Shown here one piece after another: positions 36,829-53,100 of a stretch of DNA of 64,000 nt. Numbering within the stretch: the first letter of the stretch is position 1; every line of letters begins with the position of its first letter. The stretch lies in the NCBI RefSeq assembly GCF_009914755.1, contig NC_060926.1; one strand, given 5' to 3'. The notes under the pieces were generated by a model. That model saw nothing but the letters and a program-made list of their open reading frames with translations, searched no databases and had not been told where the DNA came from. This DNA is from the human T2T-CHM13v2.0 reference genome, Homo sapiens. A program made the position numbers and the translations under genes.

Positions 36829-36896
36829 CACCTGTGATTACAGAGGAAACCACCCTTCAACTGGAAGATATCATTAAACAGAGGATAAGAGATCAG
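36829..36896 (+). CDS. MPHOSPH10: MPHOSPH10 exon 6 (APVITEETTLQLEDIIKQRIRDQ)
   Basis: tttag acceptor, CAG|gtcagt donor, 68 nt. Confidence 0.96.
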
Positions 36897-37244
36897 GTCA
36901 GTAAGAATTAAATTTAACTTAATCAAAATGTCACCAAGATTTTTAGAAATAATGTGAGAGTACTTTGAGAGTAGGACTATTGCTTTTTATTTTCACTTAG
37001 TGTTCACAAACCTTAAATCTAGGCTACCTAGTCAGCTTTTGTTGTGTGAGGTACTGCTCTTCAGTAGTATCCAGGAAAGACGAGTATTGTGCCTGAGAGG
37101 AGCAAGAAGCCATTATCCTTTCTCGTGAGTCTTGCTGACCTTTTGGGCGGTGCTCAGTGAAGCTGGTGGCTGACCTGTGATGGTTGCACCCAGAACCCTT
37201 GGCTTAGGCACAGTATCTGGTGTGGTAAATTATTCAGTATATAT

Positions 37245-37625
37245 GTCCTAGTCTTTTTTCTGTTACTTATAACAGAATATCTGAAGCTGGGTGACTTAAA
37301 AGGAATACAGTTATGGAGGCTGAGAAGTCCAAGGTCGAGGGGCCTTCTTACCAGTGGGGATTCCGCAGAGTCCCAAGGTGGTGCAGGGCATCACATGGTG
37401 AAAGGGCTGAGCATGCTAAGATGCTGGCTCAGGTGTCTCTTGCTCTTCTTAAGAGCCACCATTCCCCCACTGATGATAACCCATTAATCCATAAATGCAA
37501 CTGCCATTCATGAGGGCAAAACCCTGGTGATCCAGTCACGTCCTAGAAGGCCCCACATCTGAGTGTTGCCACATCAGGGATTAAGTTTCCACATGAGTTT
37601 TGGAGGGGACATTCAAACCCTAGCA
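37245..37625 (-). mobile_element. MaLR LTR (MLT1A/MST-like)
   Basis: ggaggctgagaagtccaagg...atgagttttggaggggacattcaaaccctagca. Confidence 0.7.
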
Positions 37626-38263
37626 TTGTGGTAGTTCTACAATTTTAAAACCATTTCTCAATGGTGTATTTTTTTCAAATGTTAAAAACCTAGTGGTTTT
37701 TGTTGAAGAATTGATCTGATTTTGTAAACTTAGAATAAAACTTAGATATATGGCATGTACAGTAAGAGATGGCCTTATAACGTGTATAATGTTTGCCTAC
37801 ACTTGTGGGTCTAAAATAGAAAGGGTTTAAAGGGTGAGTATCATGTGCAGAACATCTTAAAATTTGAAATGAAACATGATAAACTAACTCAAGGCTTGAC
37901 TTTTAAACAAACTGTGATGGGGAAATGTGGAATTAAAGTTGGTAACCAGGTAGGAAGACTCATTTAAAACAGAAAAAGATATTTGAGTAATGGTTTCTTT
38001 GCTTTCCTAATGTTTATTCTTTGTGACTTGAATAGTTATTTCAGGAGTTGAAAATTTTCTTTTTGCTATAATTTGCTTACTCTGTAATAAGTAATAATAA
38101 ATATTTATTATAACAATGATATAATTTACTATTAATATATTAATGATAATTTATTAATATATTGATAATATTTATTATAATAATATTCCAGAGGAAGATT
38201 CTTAAGTGAACCTAGAAATAAATTGTAGGTTTTGTTATGTTCTACCTGCACTTTATGTTTCAG

Positions 38264-38401
38264 GCTTGGGATGATGTAGTACGTAAAGAAAAACCTAAAG
38301 AGGATGCATATGAATATAAAAAGCGTTTAACCTTAGACCATGAGAAGAGTAAATTGAGCCTTGCTGAAATTTATGAACAGGAGTACATCAAACTCAACCA
38401 G
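38264..38401 (+). CDS. MPHOSPH10: MPHOSPH10 exon 7 (AWDDVVRKEK...KSKLSLAEIYEQEYIKLNQ)
   Basis: tttcag acceptor, CAG|gtgagg donor, 138 nt. Confidence 0.97.
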
Positions 38402-38766
38402 GTGAGGAAGCCTGTAAGGCCAAGCCATTATTATTAAAGAAATAGAAGTAGAGAACTAGGCTTTTTGTGACTGTTGAAATCGTGAAACAGAAATCTTGAG
38501 CTCTTTGGCTACCTCATGTAAGTATGAGACAGAGCATGCTAGGAATAGAAGGGTTCTAATATTCCCGCTGGATGTGAGGGGTTGAGGGGGGTTGCTTTGC
38601 AATTAGACTTTGGTCACCTGATACTTTTACAACTCATTAACTTTCTAGCAATTATGGTGGTGCTACAACTTTAAAAGCATTTCTCATTGATATTTTGAAG
38701 TAACTGATATATTTTACATGATTATGAATTCATTCTGATTTTTAGGTCTGTTTTTTCTTTCACTTA

Positions 38767-39164
<398 letters not shown>

Positions 39165-41459
39165 TCACATTTGATTTATTGGGAATGTGGGTACTTAGGG
39201 ATCAGATGGCATTTTTCTTCTGCAAAAGCCATTTACGATTCCCACCAGATTTTGTTAATGAATGCCCCTCAGTTAGCAACAGCAAATTGCCCTGATGCCA
39301 CTGTGAAACTGAAGAACTGAAAAGATTTGAATTAAAATTCTTCCTGGCTGCCTTGCAATCCAAGGTGGTAGCTGAAGGAGGATGTGTACAGTTTCATTTG
39401 AATCTTTGAGGAGATTGGGTAGATACAGAAGGTATTTGATGACCACGAGAATTAAAAATTAGATAGGTAATGCAATAGCTTATGCCAGCTCTAAATGTTA
39501 GTTTCATTTCTCTCTTAGAAGTCAACAGCCAGTTCAGAAGTTTTTGAGGATGGACTTGGAGTTCTAGTAGCTAGGCTAGTTCTAGAAGTGAAATGATGGT
39601 AAACAGCACATGTAGGACCCTTTACTCACATTTGTGTATGTAATGTGGCTCAGAAAAATGCTGTGTAGCCAATATATAGCTACATATTTGATTTTACAGA
39701 TATTGTTACCTAGAATGAGGTGAAAGGACATGTTTAGGATTTTTTAAAGTGTGAGGTACGTTAAAATAGTAAGCAGTAGTAGCGTGATGCCTGACTATGG
39801 CTGGAAGGTGGGTGCTGATGATGGACATTGGAAACAGACCTGAATGCATCTCTGTCATCAGGATCAGGAGGCAAAGAGCCTATCGTTTCCTAGTTCTGGT
39901 GGGTTTCTTTTTTTCATGTCTTAATAACAAACAAACAAAAAGCCCTCTTAGGCATTTAGAATAAGCATTTGGGGCCAAAGGGGACAGAGAGAGAAGCATG
40001 AAATTTTCTTTTTCTCTTCAGTAGAATTAAAATTGCTGTCAGTTTTTTCAATGTGATTTGTGAGAATAAATCTTTAACACATTACATGTAAATAAAAGAA
40101 CAAAAAAGTCCCTACCATCCAAAGGGGTATTTGGATAATTTTATGAAGTCTATATTAACACTTTACTTCTTTTTTTTCTTTTTTTTTTTTTTGAGACGGA
40201 GTCTTGCTCGGTTGCCAGGCTGGAGTGCAGTGGCGTGATCTAAGCTCACTGCAACGTCTGCCTCCCGGGTCCAAGCAATTCCCCTGCCTCAGCCTCCTGA
40301 GTAACAGGCACATGCCACCAAGCCCGTCTAATTTTTTGTATTTTAGTAGAGACAGGGTTTCATTATGTTAGCCAGGATGGTCTCGATCTCCTGACCTCGT
40401 GATCCTCCCGCCTCGGCCTCCCAAAGTGCTGGGATTACAAGCATGAGCCACCGCGCCCAGCCAGCCACCATGCTGGGCCATTTTTTTTCTTTTTAATTGA
40501 TGTGAGATTTATATAACATAAAATGAACCACTTAGTGAACAAATTGGGAGCATTTAGGACAGTGTTATGTAACTACTAGCTCTCTCTAGTTCTAAAACAT
40601 TTTTATCAGCCCACAATAAAGCCCCATACGCATTAAGCAGTTGCTACCCTTTCCTCACTTGCCCCAGCCCCAACAAACCCCAGTCTGCATTCTATCTCTG
40701 TGGATTGGCCTATTTTGAGTATTTGATATAAATGGAACCATACCATATGTGGCCTTCCATTTCTGACCTCTTTCAGTTAGTGTTGTGTTTTCAAGACTGG
40801 CATTTGTCAGTGCTTCATTTCTTTTTTATGGTTACACGGTATTCCGTTGTGTGTATGTACCACAGTTTATCTGCTTATCCACTGGTGGACATTCAGGCTG
40901 TTTCCACCTTTTGACTGTTAATAGTGCCATGTACATGTATTTGTTTGAGTATCTATTTTTAATCCTCCTGGTTGTACACCTAGGAGTGGCATTGCTGGGT
41001 CAGATGGTAATTCTCTGTGTAGCTTTTTGAAGACCTGCCAAGCTTGTTGCCACTGTGGCCGCATCATTTTACATTCCTACCTATCAACAATGCACAAGGG
41101 TTCCAGTTTCTCCATCCTTGCCAACACTTGTTATCACTTGCTATTTTCCTTTTAAAAACAACTGTAGCCATCTTAGGAATAGCTTAGTTTTTGACAGAAG
41201 TAAATACCAAGGTAATTAAATTTTTAAGTTCTGAGTATTAGAGGTAATGGTTACTGTAGCTCCTAAAATGCACATCACATCTCTGGTAGGTGCTGGAACC
41301 CTCATGGTACTGCTGCTTTTAATTTTGCTTTTGGAATGTTTCTTTGTAGCTGAAGCTTTAGTGATGAGAAGTTAGAAATACTCTCATTGACCTTTAGTGT
41401 TTTGTCCTGTGATATATATCAAGTCGCTTAGTTTGACATTGTTGAACTTATTTCCTAAG

Positions 41460-41570
41460 CAAAAAACAGCAGAAGAAGAAAATCCAGAACATGTAGAAAT
41501 TCAGAAGATGATGGATTCCCTCTTCTTAAAATTGGATGCCCTCTCAAACTTCCACTTTATCCCTAAACCG
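41460..41570 (+). CDS. MPHOSPH10: MPHOSPH10 exon 8 (QKTAEEENPEH...KLDALSNFHFIPKP)
   Basis: cctaag acceptor, CCG|gtaagt donor, 111 nt. Confidence 0.96.
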
Positions 41571-43282
41571 GTAAGTGTGTTAACAGTTCAGTGTGTAGCT
41601 AGAGCAGGGTGACCTTCATAGCTTTGATCCTTTGTGAGACTAGCTCTTTATTTTGTTTCAGGATACAAACTTGTAGTTTGCTGTAAATTCCAGGCAGGGT
41701 CTCCATGAGGAAAGCTCACTTCTGGTCCCATGACAGTTCTGGCTCTACCCAGATCTTCAGTGAGCCCCTGCCAGCTGGGGCTGGGCATGGTCAGGCATCA
41801 TGCTAGTACTGCCTCTTACTGTTTTAACTTACCTCACACTTTAAAAGATCCTCAGCCGTAGCCACAGGGACTCCTCCTTTCCCTACCCTCTCAGTCTTCT
41901 GTTGCATTTTCATTGTATAATGGGTTTGGAGATGTATGGATATCTATACCAGCATTTATGGAGTATCTGCTATGTGTCATATTAGGTTCTTTACATACAC
42001 TAACACTTAATGCACACAACACTGAGGCAGGTACTATAGTTTCCATTTCACAGGGGAGAAAACCAAGGTTTAGGAGGTGGGAGAGTGAGAACTAACTCTG
42101 GGCCCAGCTGTCTCCGCATGATGTTCCTTCACCAGGCCCAGCCCTCTCAAATGCTCCTCCCCTGTCTGTCTGTCACCCAGACTTGGCTCTACCTGTCTAT
42201 TCCTTGGAGCCTCATCTCCTGCTTACCAGCTTCTGTGAACCCATAAAACATGCTTGTACCATCCTTTGGTACTTGTTCACCTGTTGCCCTTTGGTGCCTG
42301 TGTTGTTGTCTGAAATGGAATGTCATGAATTAAAGACTAGTCTAGAAGTCAGAACCTGAGCTGAGTTCTGCTCCTAACTAGCTTTATGATGCAGGCAATC
42401 GCTTTACGTTTCATTTGTACCGAAGAGCTAATCTCCAAGATCCTTTATTATTAGTTGATGGCTAGGTGATTCCCATGCAAATATTTTATCTTCTCAGACA
42501 GTAAGCTTTTTTAACCTGGTTGTTTTTTTTTGTTTGTTTGGTTTTTTTTTTGGTATATATGTATGCTTTTAATCCAGTTGTAATTACATGCAAGTAAGTT
42601 CTTGATGGCAGGAACCATCTTTAGATTCCCAAAGTCCCTGCTATGGGCTGTGTAAAATAAACAGGTGAAGAGATGAGTGGAATTTCTCAACTCCTCTTGT
42701 CCAGCAGGTCTTACTGAGATGAAGGACGTGGGCCTTTCTGGGCCTTACCTGTGTGATCTGGCTCTTCCCACCCCTTTGGTCTCCCTTGGCTTGCTACCCC
42801 CACCCCCACTGATCTTCTGATTCCTTGAGCAGGCCAAGTCCCTTGCGCTTTCTCACTGTGCTCTTCCCCTGGCCCAGTAGGCTGCACTTCCTTTTTGGCA
42901 TGGCTGGCTCCTTATTGCCCAGGCTAGACGCCTTTCCTTCCTTGCAGATGTTCCTTGGCTCCTTACCTAGGGTAGACTCCCCTTCCCACCTTGCTGCATG
43001 TCTCACCACTTGGCTCCTTTTCCTCATAGCTGCATTGCACATTTGCAGTCATTCGCTAGTTGTTCATTGCTCTCTACTTGTCTTCAGGCAGCACGAAATG
43101 CATCTACTGTTCCACTCTGTTCCTCGCACTAGCTAGGATCTAACACACGGAAGCCTTTAGACATTCCTTGGAATACTGGGAAGTGAAGGAGAAGTGAATG
43201 TATATGTGTCTATGTGCCCAAATGAAAAGCCTTTCTTTTTTCCCTTAAGAAATGTAGAATTGCTAGTGTAGGTTCCCCTTGA

Positions 43283-44809
<1,527 letters not shown>

Positions 44810-45031
44810 TCAGCACTGCCGTCATGCCAGTCCACTTAGGACTTTGGCTGTCACCATATCTAACATTTTAAATAGTCTCCATTAGGTTTGCTGACTTTCA
44901 AGCAAGTGAAAAAAAGATAATCTCCATAAAGTATTTTATATATTATACTTTAAGTTAATAGGTTCACAGTTCACACATTTTGTGTTAGAGTCCCTTCTGG
45001 CTTCCCATTGAATGTATTATCTCTTTTCTAG

Positions 45032-45139
45032 CCTGTACCAGAGATTAAAGTTGTGTCAAATCTGCCAGCCATAACCATGGAGGAAGTAGCCCCAGTGAGT
45101 GTTAGTGATGCAGCTCTCCTGGCCCCAGAGGAGATCAAG
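45032..45139 (+). CDS. MPHOSPH10: MPHOSPH10 exon 9 ([21 protein letters not shown]...LLAPEEIK)
   Basis: ttctag acceptor, AAG|gtaaga donor, 108 nt. Confidence 0.97.
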
Positions 45140-46255
45140 GTAAGAAGCCAATGTTGAAACCTTAAATGTCTGTTACAAGTTAGTTGATCATAGCCAGACT
45201 CCATTTATTTGACGTCATTTGCCTTGCACTTGTAGTTCTTATTCCAATGTATCTCAGCAGTTTCTAAGTATAAGCAAACTAGTAATGTTATAATATTCAA
45301 ATACCAGTCTCCTATATTCTGGCTTTATTATGAGGTACAGGTTTGAGAGTTACTGTAAGAGCAGTTTTAAAATAGCTAGTATCAATATCTTATTATAATC
45401 CAATCTGAATACTAGCAGTGATGTTAAGTTGAAAACAAATGGCTTGCATTGCATATATACTAGCAATAGTTTAGTGTCAGCATTTCCCCCTTATTTTATT
45501 CATGTAATGCTAATTAGTAATGGAATCTGAATCTAGAATCGAGCATTTGGTTATCAGAAGAGGCTAGATATATCAAATGCAGCAATCCCTGCCATGTGAA
45601 CATTGAAGCTTATGCCTTACACAGTAATAATGGTTTCTGCCAGGTGCTCATCTTCCTGGCTGGCTTAGCAGCAGGGCCTTCTTTTTCCCTCCTCACTTGA
45701 TTTGCTACACCTACACTCACCCCTTCTGTCTGAGCCTCTGCCACCTCAGTGCAGGTGACAGCCCTGGCAGGATAGGCTGGCAGCTGAGGAGAAAAGAGAT
45801 AGAATTGATCCTCACTAGAGAGATGTTTCCCTTCCCTTCCTCTGTTCCTTGGTCTCTGCCCTCTGGCCTCAGTCCAGTTGCTGTCATTAGCAGCTCAGAG
45901 CTGAGGCTGCCTCTGGCATGTCCCTGAAGCCCATTGGAATCTAAATGCTGTGGAGGGCTGGCTCCTCTTGTGCTGTTAGGTTGAGAACCCAACTCTCCAT
46001 GTTGCCTTCTTGTGAATTAGTTTGGGAACTGAACCGTCACTATAAGAGTCTGTGCCTGTCAAAGAATGCATTTCAGGTTTTAAAGAGCTGAGTTACCAAC
46101 GCTTATTGGAATGCAGGTGGGGATTGCTCTGCATCTTTGTGCATTTGGCCACAGATGCACAGCCTGCTTGCTGGCTACCCTGCAGTTTCTTCCATTCCAG
46201 TTTCCTAGTTGTTAAACTTGATGAATGAATATGTTGGTGGTTATTTTTTTAATAG

Positions 46256-46486
46256 GAGAAAAATAAAGCTGGAGATATAAAAACAGCTGCTGAAAAAACA
46301 GCTACAGACAAGAAACGAGAGCGAAGGAAAAAGAAATATCAAAAGCGTATGAAAATAAAAGAGAAGGAGAAGCGGAGAAAACTGCTTGAAAAGAGCAGTG
46401 TAGATCAAGCAGGGAAATACAGCAAAACAGTAGCTTCGGAGAAGTTAAAACAGCTGACCAAAACTGGCAAAGCTTCCTTCATAAAG
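46256..46486 (+). CDS. MPHOSPH10: MPHOSPH10 exon 10 (basic region KKRERRKKKYQKR)
   Basis: aatag acceptor, AAG|gtaagg donor, 231 nt. Confidence 0.97.
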
Positions 46487-46898
46487 GTAAGGACAAGGGA
46501 AAGAAAACTGCTCAAGGGGACCTTTGTGGGGGAAGTGGATAGCAAGTGCTGGGTGACTGGAATGTCTGAGCCAGCTGACAGCCCACCTGCGGGATAGAGA
46601 TGCATGATGCTGACTGGCTGGAATCGCAACCTTTAATGTTCTAGAATTTTTCATGTAGGGTCCTCACAATAACCTGGGTCCTGGCAGCAGCTTGTCTTCC
46701 ACTCCTTTCTCCCTTAGATTATAAGAACATTGTAGCAGTGCAGAATACCTCTATGCTAACTGATTCAGTTTTCTGTAATTCTAGTCCTTTTTCATATTTA
46801 TGGTTGCATACATTGTTGTAATGGTGATGTACTATTTTTGGCTTTTTTCACTTATAAGTACATTTTACAGCATAAGCATGTGGTGTTTTTAATTGCAG

Positions 46899-47048
46899 GA
46901 TGAAGGTAAAGACAAGGCCTTAAAGTCCTCTCAAGCATTCTTTTCTAAATTACAAGATCAAGTAAAAATGCAAATCAATGATGCAAAGAAAACAGAAAAG
47001 AAAAAGAAGAAAAGACAGGATATTTCTGTTCATAAATTAAAGCTGTAA
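46899..47048 (+). CDS. MPHOSPH10: MPHOSPH10 exon 11 (DEGKDKALKSSQAFFSKLQ...VHKLKL*)
   Basis: ttgcag acceptor, TAA at 47046-47048; exon lengths sum to 2046 nt (681 aa). Confidence 0.97.
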   Translation, partial: DEGKDKALKSSQAFFSKLQDQVKMQINDAKKTEKKKKKRQDISVHKLKL

Positions 47049-47112
47049 TATATTTTGAATATAATGTAAATATTAATGTGTAAGCTTATATTGTGTCATT
47101 GTTCTGTTTTAT

Positions 47113-47118
47113 AATAAA
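47113..47118 (+). terminator. MPHOSPH10: MPHOSPH10 polyadenylation signal AATAAA
   Basis: Canonical hexamer 65 nt after the stop codon. Confidence 0.75.
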
Positions 47119-47967
47119 ATTCTTGAGAACCTTCCTTTGCATCGATGACAGATATTTGAGGGTTCCATAGTGTGAAAAGACAAACCCCTAACCATTTGCA
47201 AAGCCCTTCCGGTTTTCACTGGTATGAAGCAGGACCTGGCTCCTCCCCAGGCCCTTCCTGTTCAGGCACTGCCTGAGCTGATCCTGCTGTGCTCTTGCCG
47301 TGGCCCAGGCCTGTGTGAAGGCCAGGCCAGCTTGTCCACATGGGCTGGTGAGCAAGCACTGGCCTGCAGGCTGTGAAGAGGACAGAGCCAGCCAACCCCC
47401 TCACAAGCAGCTGTCTACAGCAGAGGTCCTCACTCTTTGGGCTCTTGATTTCCTTTTCCCATTGCCCTGTCATTTCATAAAACAGTAGCATTTTCATGCC
47501 TGTGCCTTCCTTCCCCTTTGGGAAATGATCTCATGTCATCTGAACAAAGGTTTAATGTAGGCTGTAGAGCACTATCCACAATCAGCTGCAGAGGACAGGT
47601 ATGATGGAGAAGTGAATCTAGAAGCAACAGAAGCTCCATACAGCCAGTAATGTAAACTGCAGTCTGCAGAGTGTTCTGTGACCACCAGGTGCTCATTGTT
47701 TCAACCTCCCCATCCAGGGAAAAATGCCTTTTGTCTGATAGGCTCTCATACTGATTTGATGGAAATGCAGTAAGCCTTAGTCCAGATGGGTAGAGAATGT
47801 GGACTAAGATTCCACCAAAGCAACAGGTGAAGCCCTTCTGGTTTTTTTGTCTACAAGGGGTCAATCAGTGGTCCAGAAGAGCCTGTGGAAGTTTGCACTC
47901 TGCATTCCTGTTACTGCAGAAGCTGGCTGCAGCAGGGTAGAGCTAGGCTGGGGCTACATTAAGCACT

Positions 47968-48950
47968 GGCTTTTGTCCATCTGTGCTGCTATAACAAAAT
48001 ACCTGGGACTGGGTCATTTATAAACAATAGAAACATTTCCTACGGTTCTGGAGGCTGAGAGGTCTGAGATGAAGGTGCTGGCAAGTTGAGTGGTAAGAGC
48101 TGCTCTGCTTCAAGGTGGTGCCTTATGTCCTCACTTGGCAGAAGGTGGAAGGACAAAAAGCCATCAAACTCACTCCTTCAGTCCTTTTATAAGGATGCTG
48201 ATCCCATCCATGAGGGCTCTGCCTTCAAGACTTAATCATTTAAAGGTCCTACCTTTTAATATCTCATTGGCCATTAAGTTTCTACACAGGAATTTTGAAG
48301 GACACATTCAGATCATAGCATAGCATTCCACCCTTGGCTTCTCAAGTGTACGTTCTTAAATGAACACATTAATTCCATCCCAATAGCTCCCAAAATCTTA
48401 ACTTGTTCCGGCATCAACTTTAAATTCTAAGTCCAAAGTCTGTAAACATGGGTAAGACCAACTCAAGGTATGATTCATCCTGAGCCAAATTTCCCTCCAG
48501 CTGTCAAATCAAACAAGTTACGTGCTTCCAAAATACAACGGTGGAATAGGCATAGGATAGATATTCCCATTTAAAGGGGAGAAATAGGAAGAAGTAGCTT
48601 AGTCCTAAGTAAGTCCAAAACACACCAGGTAAACAACATTAAGTCTTGAGGCTTGAGGATAGTCTTTGACTTTATGTCTCACCTTCCAGTCACACTGGGG
48701 TGAGGGTTGGGTCCCCAAGGCTCCAGGCAGCTCCACCCCCATAGCTTTACTGGGTGCAGCCCATGCCCTGGCTCTCACTGGTTGGAGTCCTGTGCATGCA
48801 GCTCTCCCAGCCTGGCATTGCACACTGGTGGCTGTATAGGTCCAGGGTCTCAGGGGCAGCCCTGCCCCAGTGGCTGTGCTGGGCATTGCCTGGGAAGGTG
48901 TTCTCTGTGGTGGCCCTGCCCCACAGCATTTCTCTGCCTGCATTTGATGC
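47968..48950 (-). mobile_element. MaLR LTR (~47968-48320) with adjoining internal sequence
   Basis: gtccatctgtgctgctataacaaaatacc...acattcagatcatagca followed by MaLR-internal-like sequence. Confidence 0.65.
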
Positions 48951-49655
48951 CCCTCAGTCCTTGACATATATCACTCACTTGGTTTTCTGGCTGCCAAGTC
49001 TCTTCCTCCTACTGCGCTAGCTCAGTCTCCTTTGCAGGCTCCTTCTTACTGCCCTGCCTTTTGTTAATGAAATGCTCAGTCTTTTGACCTCTTAGTTCTC
49101 TATCTACAGTCAATCCTTGGTCCCATGTATTAATACCATTTAAACCCCAACAACTCCCAAATTTGTATTTCCAGTCTGACCTGACTTGATTACATCAGTT
49201 CAAGGGTTTTCATCCTCAAGAACGTCTAAGTGGTATCTCACATTTACATGTGCGAAACTGAACTCTTACTCTTTCTGCTCCATCCTGCCAGTTGCTAGGC
49301 TAAAGTCCTCAGAGTTTCCCTTGACTCTTCTCTTGTACATTACCACCTTTACCATGAGCAAATCCTGCTAGCTCAGTCTTCTAAATATATTCAGAATATA
49401 ACGATTTCTTATCAATGGCAATGCCAACATCCCGACCCAAAATGTCACCATCATCTCCCCTTGGATTACTGCATCAGCCTTCTGTTTTCCTCACTCCCTC
49501 TCTTGCTTCCATCCTTGTGTACCCCATGATCTATTCTTAATGCAACAGGGAAAGGGGTCCTTTCAGAGCTTATGCTCAAAATCTTTGTCTCCCCTCCTCC
49601 CATCTCAGTCAAAGTCGATGCTCAAATCCATGCAATGACCTGCAGGGTCCTACAT

Positions 49656-49873
49656 CAGGTGCTGGCAAACAGTAGCTGGATGGCAAGTTAGCCAGCTGTT
49701 TCTGTAAATAAAGTTTCATTGGAACACAACCACACTCATATGTTACGTATTGTCTGTGGCTGCTTTCACACTACAATAGCAGTGTTGCCTAGTTATGATG
49801 GAGGCCACGTGACCCCCAAAGCCTCAAATATTTACTATCTGGCCCTTCACAGAACAAATTTGCTAACACTTGC
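49656..49873. mobile_element. MER58A-like hAT fossil within L2-derived sequence; Alu (-) follows at ~49980-50297
   Basis: gtaaataaagtttcattggaacacaaccacactcat...tatttactatctggccctt. Confidence 0.7.
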
Positions 49874-49959
49874 CCTCCATGATCTGGCTCTTTGCTGCCT
49901 CCCTTGCTTTGTTTCTGCTCTAGTCTTCTGGCCTCCTTGGTTTTCTTAGAGCCCGCTAG

Positions 49960-50178
<219 letters not shown>

Positions 50179-53100
50179 TAGTAGAGGCAGGGTTTCACCA
50201 TGTTGGCCAGGATGGTCTCGATCTCTTGATCTCGTGATCCTCCCGCCTCAGCCTCCAAAAATACTGAGATTACAGGCGTGTGCCACCGCGCCTGACCCAT
50301 CTGTCTTTTAAAAAATGTTTTTAATTTGAGGTATAATTTATATTCAGTGAAATGCACAGATGTGAAGTGCACATTTTGATCAGTTTTAACAAACGCATTA
50401 CCCATGTAACCTACTTCCTTTCAAGATATAGAGCATTTCTGTCATCCAGAAAGTTCTCCTGTGCTTTAATCCTGTCCAGCACTCCCCCAGCAGCTGCTGA
50501 ACATGCCTGAGGACATTGGTACAGGACTCTGGCCTCCCCAAAAGAGCTGCTTGGACAAGTCTGCTTGGCTTACCCTAAATCCCTGCCTGCACTCTAAAAA
50601 TTTCCATCTTTAAACTGGTTGTACCTATAACCCTCCCTCATCAAATAAATAAACCCTGAAAAATAGGAGAATACCCCTTCCTGGCCCCGCAGCCCAGCAC
50701 CTAATATTTACTATATACCCAAGCTTTTAGAAGTACGACTTGCACAGGTGGGGGCTGGCAGCTGCATCCCATCCTCCTCCTGGTAGCCTCTATCAGCCTA
50801 CAGGGCTCTCAGAGCAGATCTGGCCAGGCAGCCTGAGCCTGGAAGTGCAGCGCAGCCTCCTGCTCGTTCACCCTCACTAGGGTGGCAGCTGCGGCAGCAG
50901 CTGGGCTCACCCGTTAAGCAAGAAGGTGAGGATGGGAGCGGGATGACCATTGGCTGGACAGTGACACTCAGACCCCAGCCTGGGCAAGCCTGTCTGAAAG
51001 CCCCCTTCCTTTCGGTCCAACTGTGGAGGGAGGGGGCAGAGCGTACGGGGTTCTACTGCCCTCCTCATCCTTTAGACGTCCTTCCTCCTAGGAGAGGGAG
51101 CTGCTCATTAATTGGCCAAAGCCTTCTTGAAGGCTGTAAATTTGACAGGCTTGGTGTGTGGGGGCCAACCATGCTAAAGAGAGCATCTGGTGTGTCAGAA
51201 GGCAGCCACCTCACCAGGGGAGGGTCAGCCCCCTTGGTGATCTCCTTCCCCTGCTGGACACAGCTTCCTGCCCTCTCCCCATGTGAATGCTCCCCTCAGA
51301 GCTGCTTCCAAGGGTGGGGTTCTAACCCTGTGAGTGGGGACATTGTGTTCATTTACAATGGGCCATGGTTTCATCTGAAATCTCCAACTCAGAGGCAGTA
51401 GAGAGGAGAAGAGAAATTCCCTGCACCTCCTCCCTCCTCAGCACCCCCACCTCTGCACGCGTCCACATATGGAGAGCCTGACAATGGCCCCTGGGAGTGC
51501 CTCCATCTGCGCCTCCTTTCCATGCCTGCAGCAGCCACGTGCACTGTCCAGACCCTCACCCGCCTGGCTCAGTAGGCGCTGCACTGCCTCTGGTCCTGCC
51601 CCTACACCTGGGCCTCTGTACCCGTCAATTCCCCCAGTCTGGTTCTTATTTCCCCCAACAAGTAGGCAGCATGTAAGGTCATCTGTTGAGCAGGGTTGAG
51701 GGAGATAATAAGGTGGGGCTGTGAGGATGAGGAGAAGCTTATGGTCATGCTGGAGACTCAGCTGAGCAGCCCCATCGGCTGCCTACCCAGTGGTCATCCC
51801 GCTCCCACCCTTATTTCTTCTTTGTAAACAAAACCTTGACTTCATTAAATGTTGGACACCTATGTACTTCATGGACTCTTCTGCAGCCTCCCTGCCATGT
51901 AATGGTAAGTCTAAGTCAACCCTAGTAATTTCATTCCTCTGGCCAATGATCGCTTGGGGTGTGGCCATGAGCTGCCTCTTCGCCTGAGCCTGAGCCACAG
52001 CTACCCTCTGCACCTACCATGCTGACACGCTAGGCCAGGGAGAGCTCCATCTCAATGGAGATGAGCTGTGAGGGCCTCTGCTGGTGGCTGGGCAGATCAG
52101 GTAGTTGTAACGGGTTTTGTTCAGAAGGGAAGGTCGTCCATCAGCTTCTCCTCAGCATTGGCCATGCGGCAGTCCCTTGGGAAAACACACAGACCTGCTG
52201 GGCCCTTGTGCAACTGACCCCCATGGCAGCTGACAGGCACAAAGGGGAGAGTCGAGATGGCCAGGGACCACAGGTGCCCCAAGGGCTGGCTGAAGCAGTT
52301 CATGAAGGTGCTGGCAGGCCTGTCTCTCCTTGGGGACTTCAAGTGACATTCAAGAGAGAGCTCAGCTATCTCCTCCCATGCCATACCTCTTCCTCCTCCT
52401 CTTCCCTCGAGCAATAAATGGCATCCCACACTCTAGACATCTGGTACAAAACGGGGTGTCTCTTCCTGATCCCTCCCTTGGTTCATCCAAGTAACCACCA
52501 AGTCCTGTCTGTTCCCCCATCTCCACCGCTACAGCCATGTCCCTACCTCCCCAGTCCTGCCGTCCTTCTGGTCTCTCCACCCTCACTCTTCCCCTGTCAT
52601 CCATGTACAATACAGTGCCAGACTGGTCTTTCTACAGCAAAATGGACTAAGGCCCTTCCCTACCCACAACTCTCGGAGCTGGAGGTGGAGTTAAAACTCA
52701 CATGTTTTGGCTTGGCATTCAGAGCTTGTTCCCTCTTGGCACTGGCTTATCCAGAGCGCTCATAGTTTGGGTTTGGTGCAGAACTGGGTATGAGGTAGTG
52801 CTTTCCCTGAGAAGAAACAGGGCTGAGATGGGGGCATTTTCTGGGTTCAGAGTTAGACCTATGGAGTGCAAGGTTCCTCTGAGACACCAAATGAAGTGGT
52901 CCAGCTGGCAGCTGGCTCCTGGTCTGGAGCTTCAAGGAGAGGTCTCAGCTCAGAGCCACATTCAAAACCCAGCTTAAATGCAGCCTTCTGCAGGGAGCCC
53001 CTGGAGCTTCCACAGCCTCAGATCTGCCCCCTGCACACCCCAGATCTTTTGCCAAGTGGCGTTCGGGTCTTCATGTCATCTCTCTCCCATGTCTGGGAGT

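Noticed and set aside
38090-38186. AT-only low-complexity tract upstream of exon 7
   Set aside because: Ordinary slippage-derived low-complexity DNA
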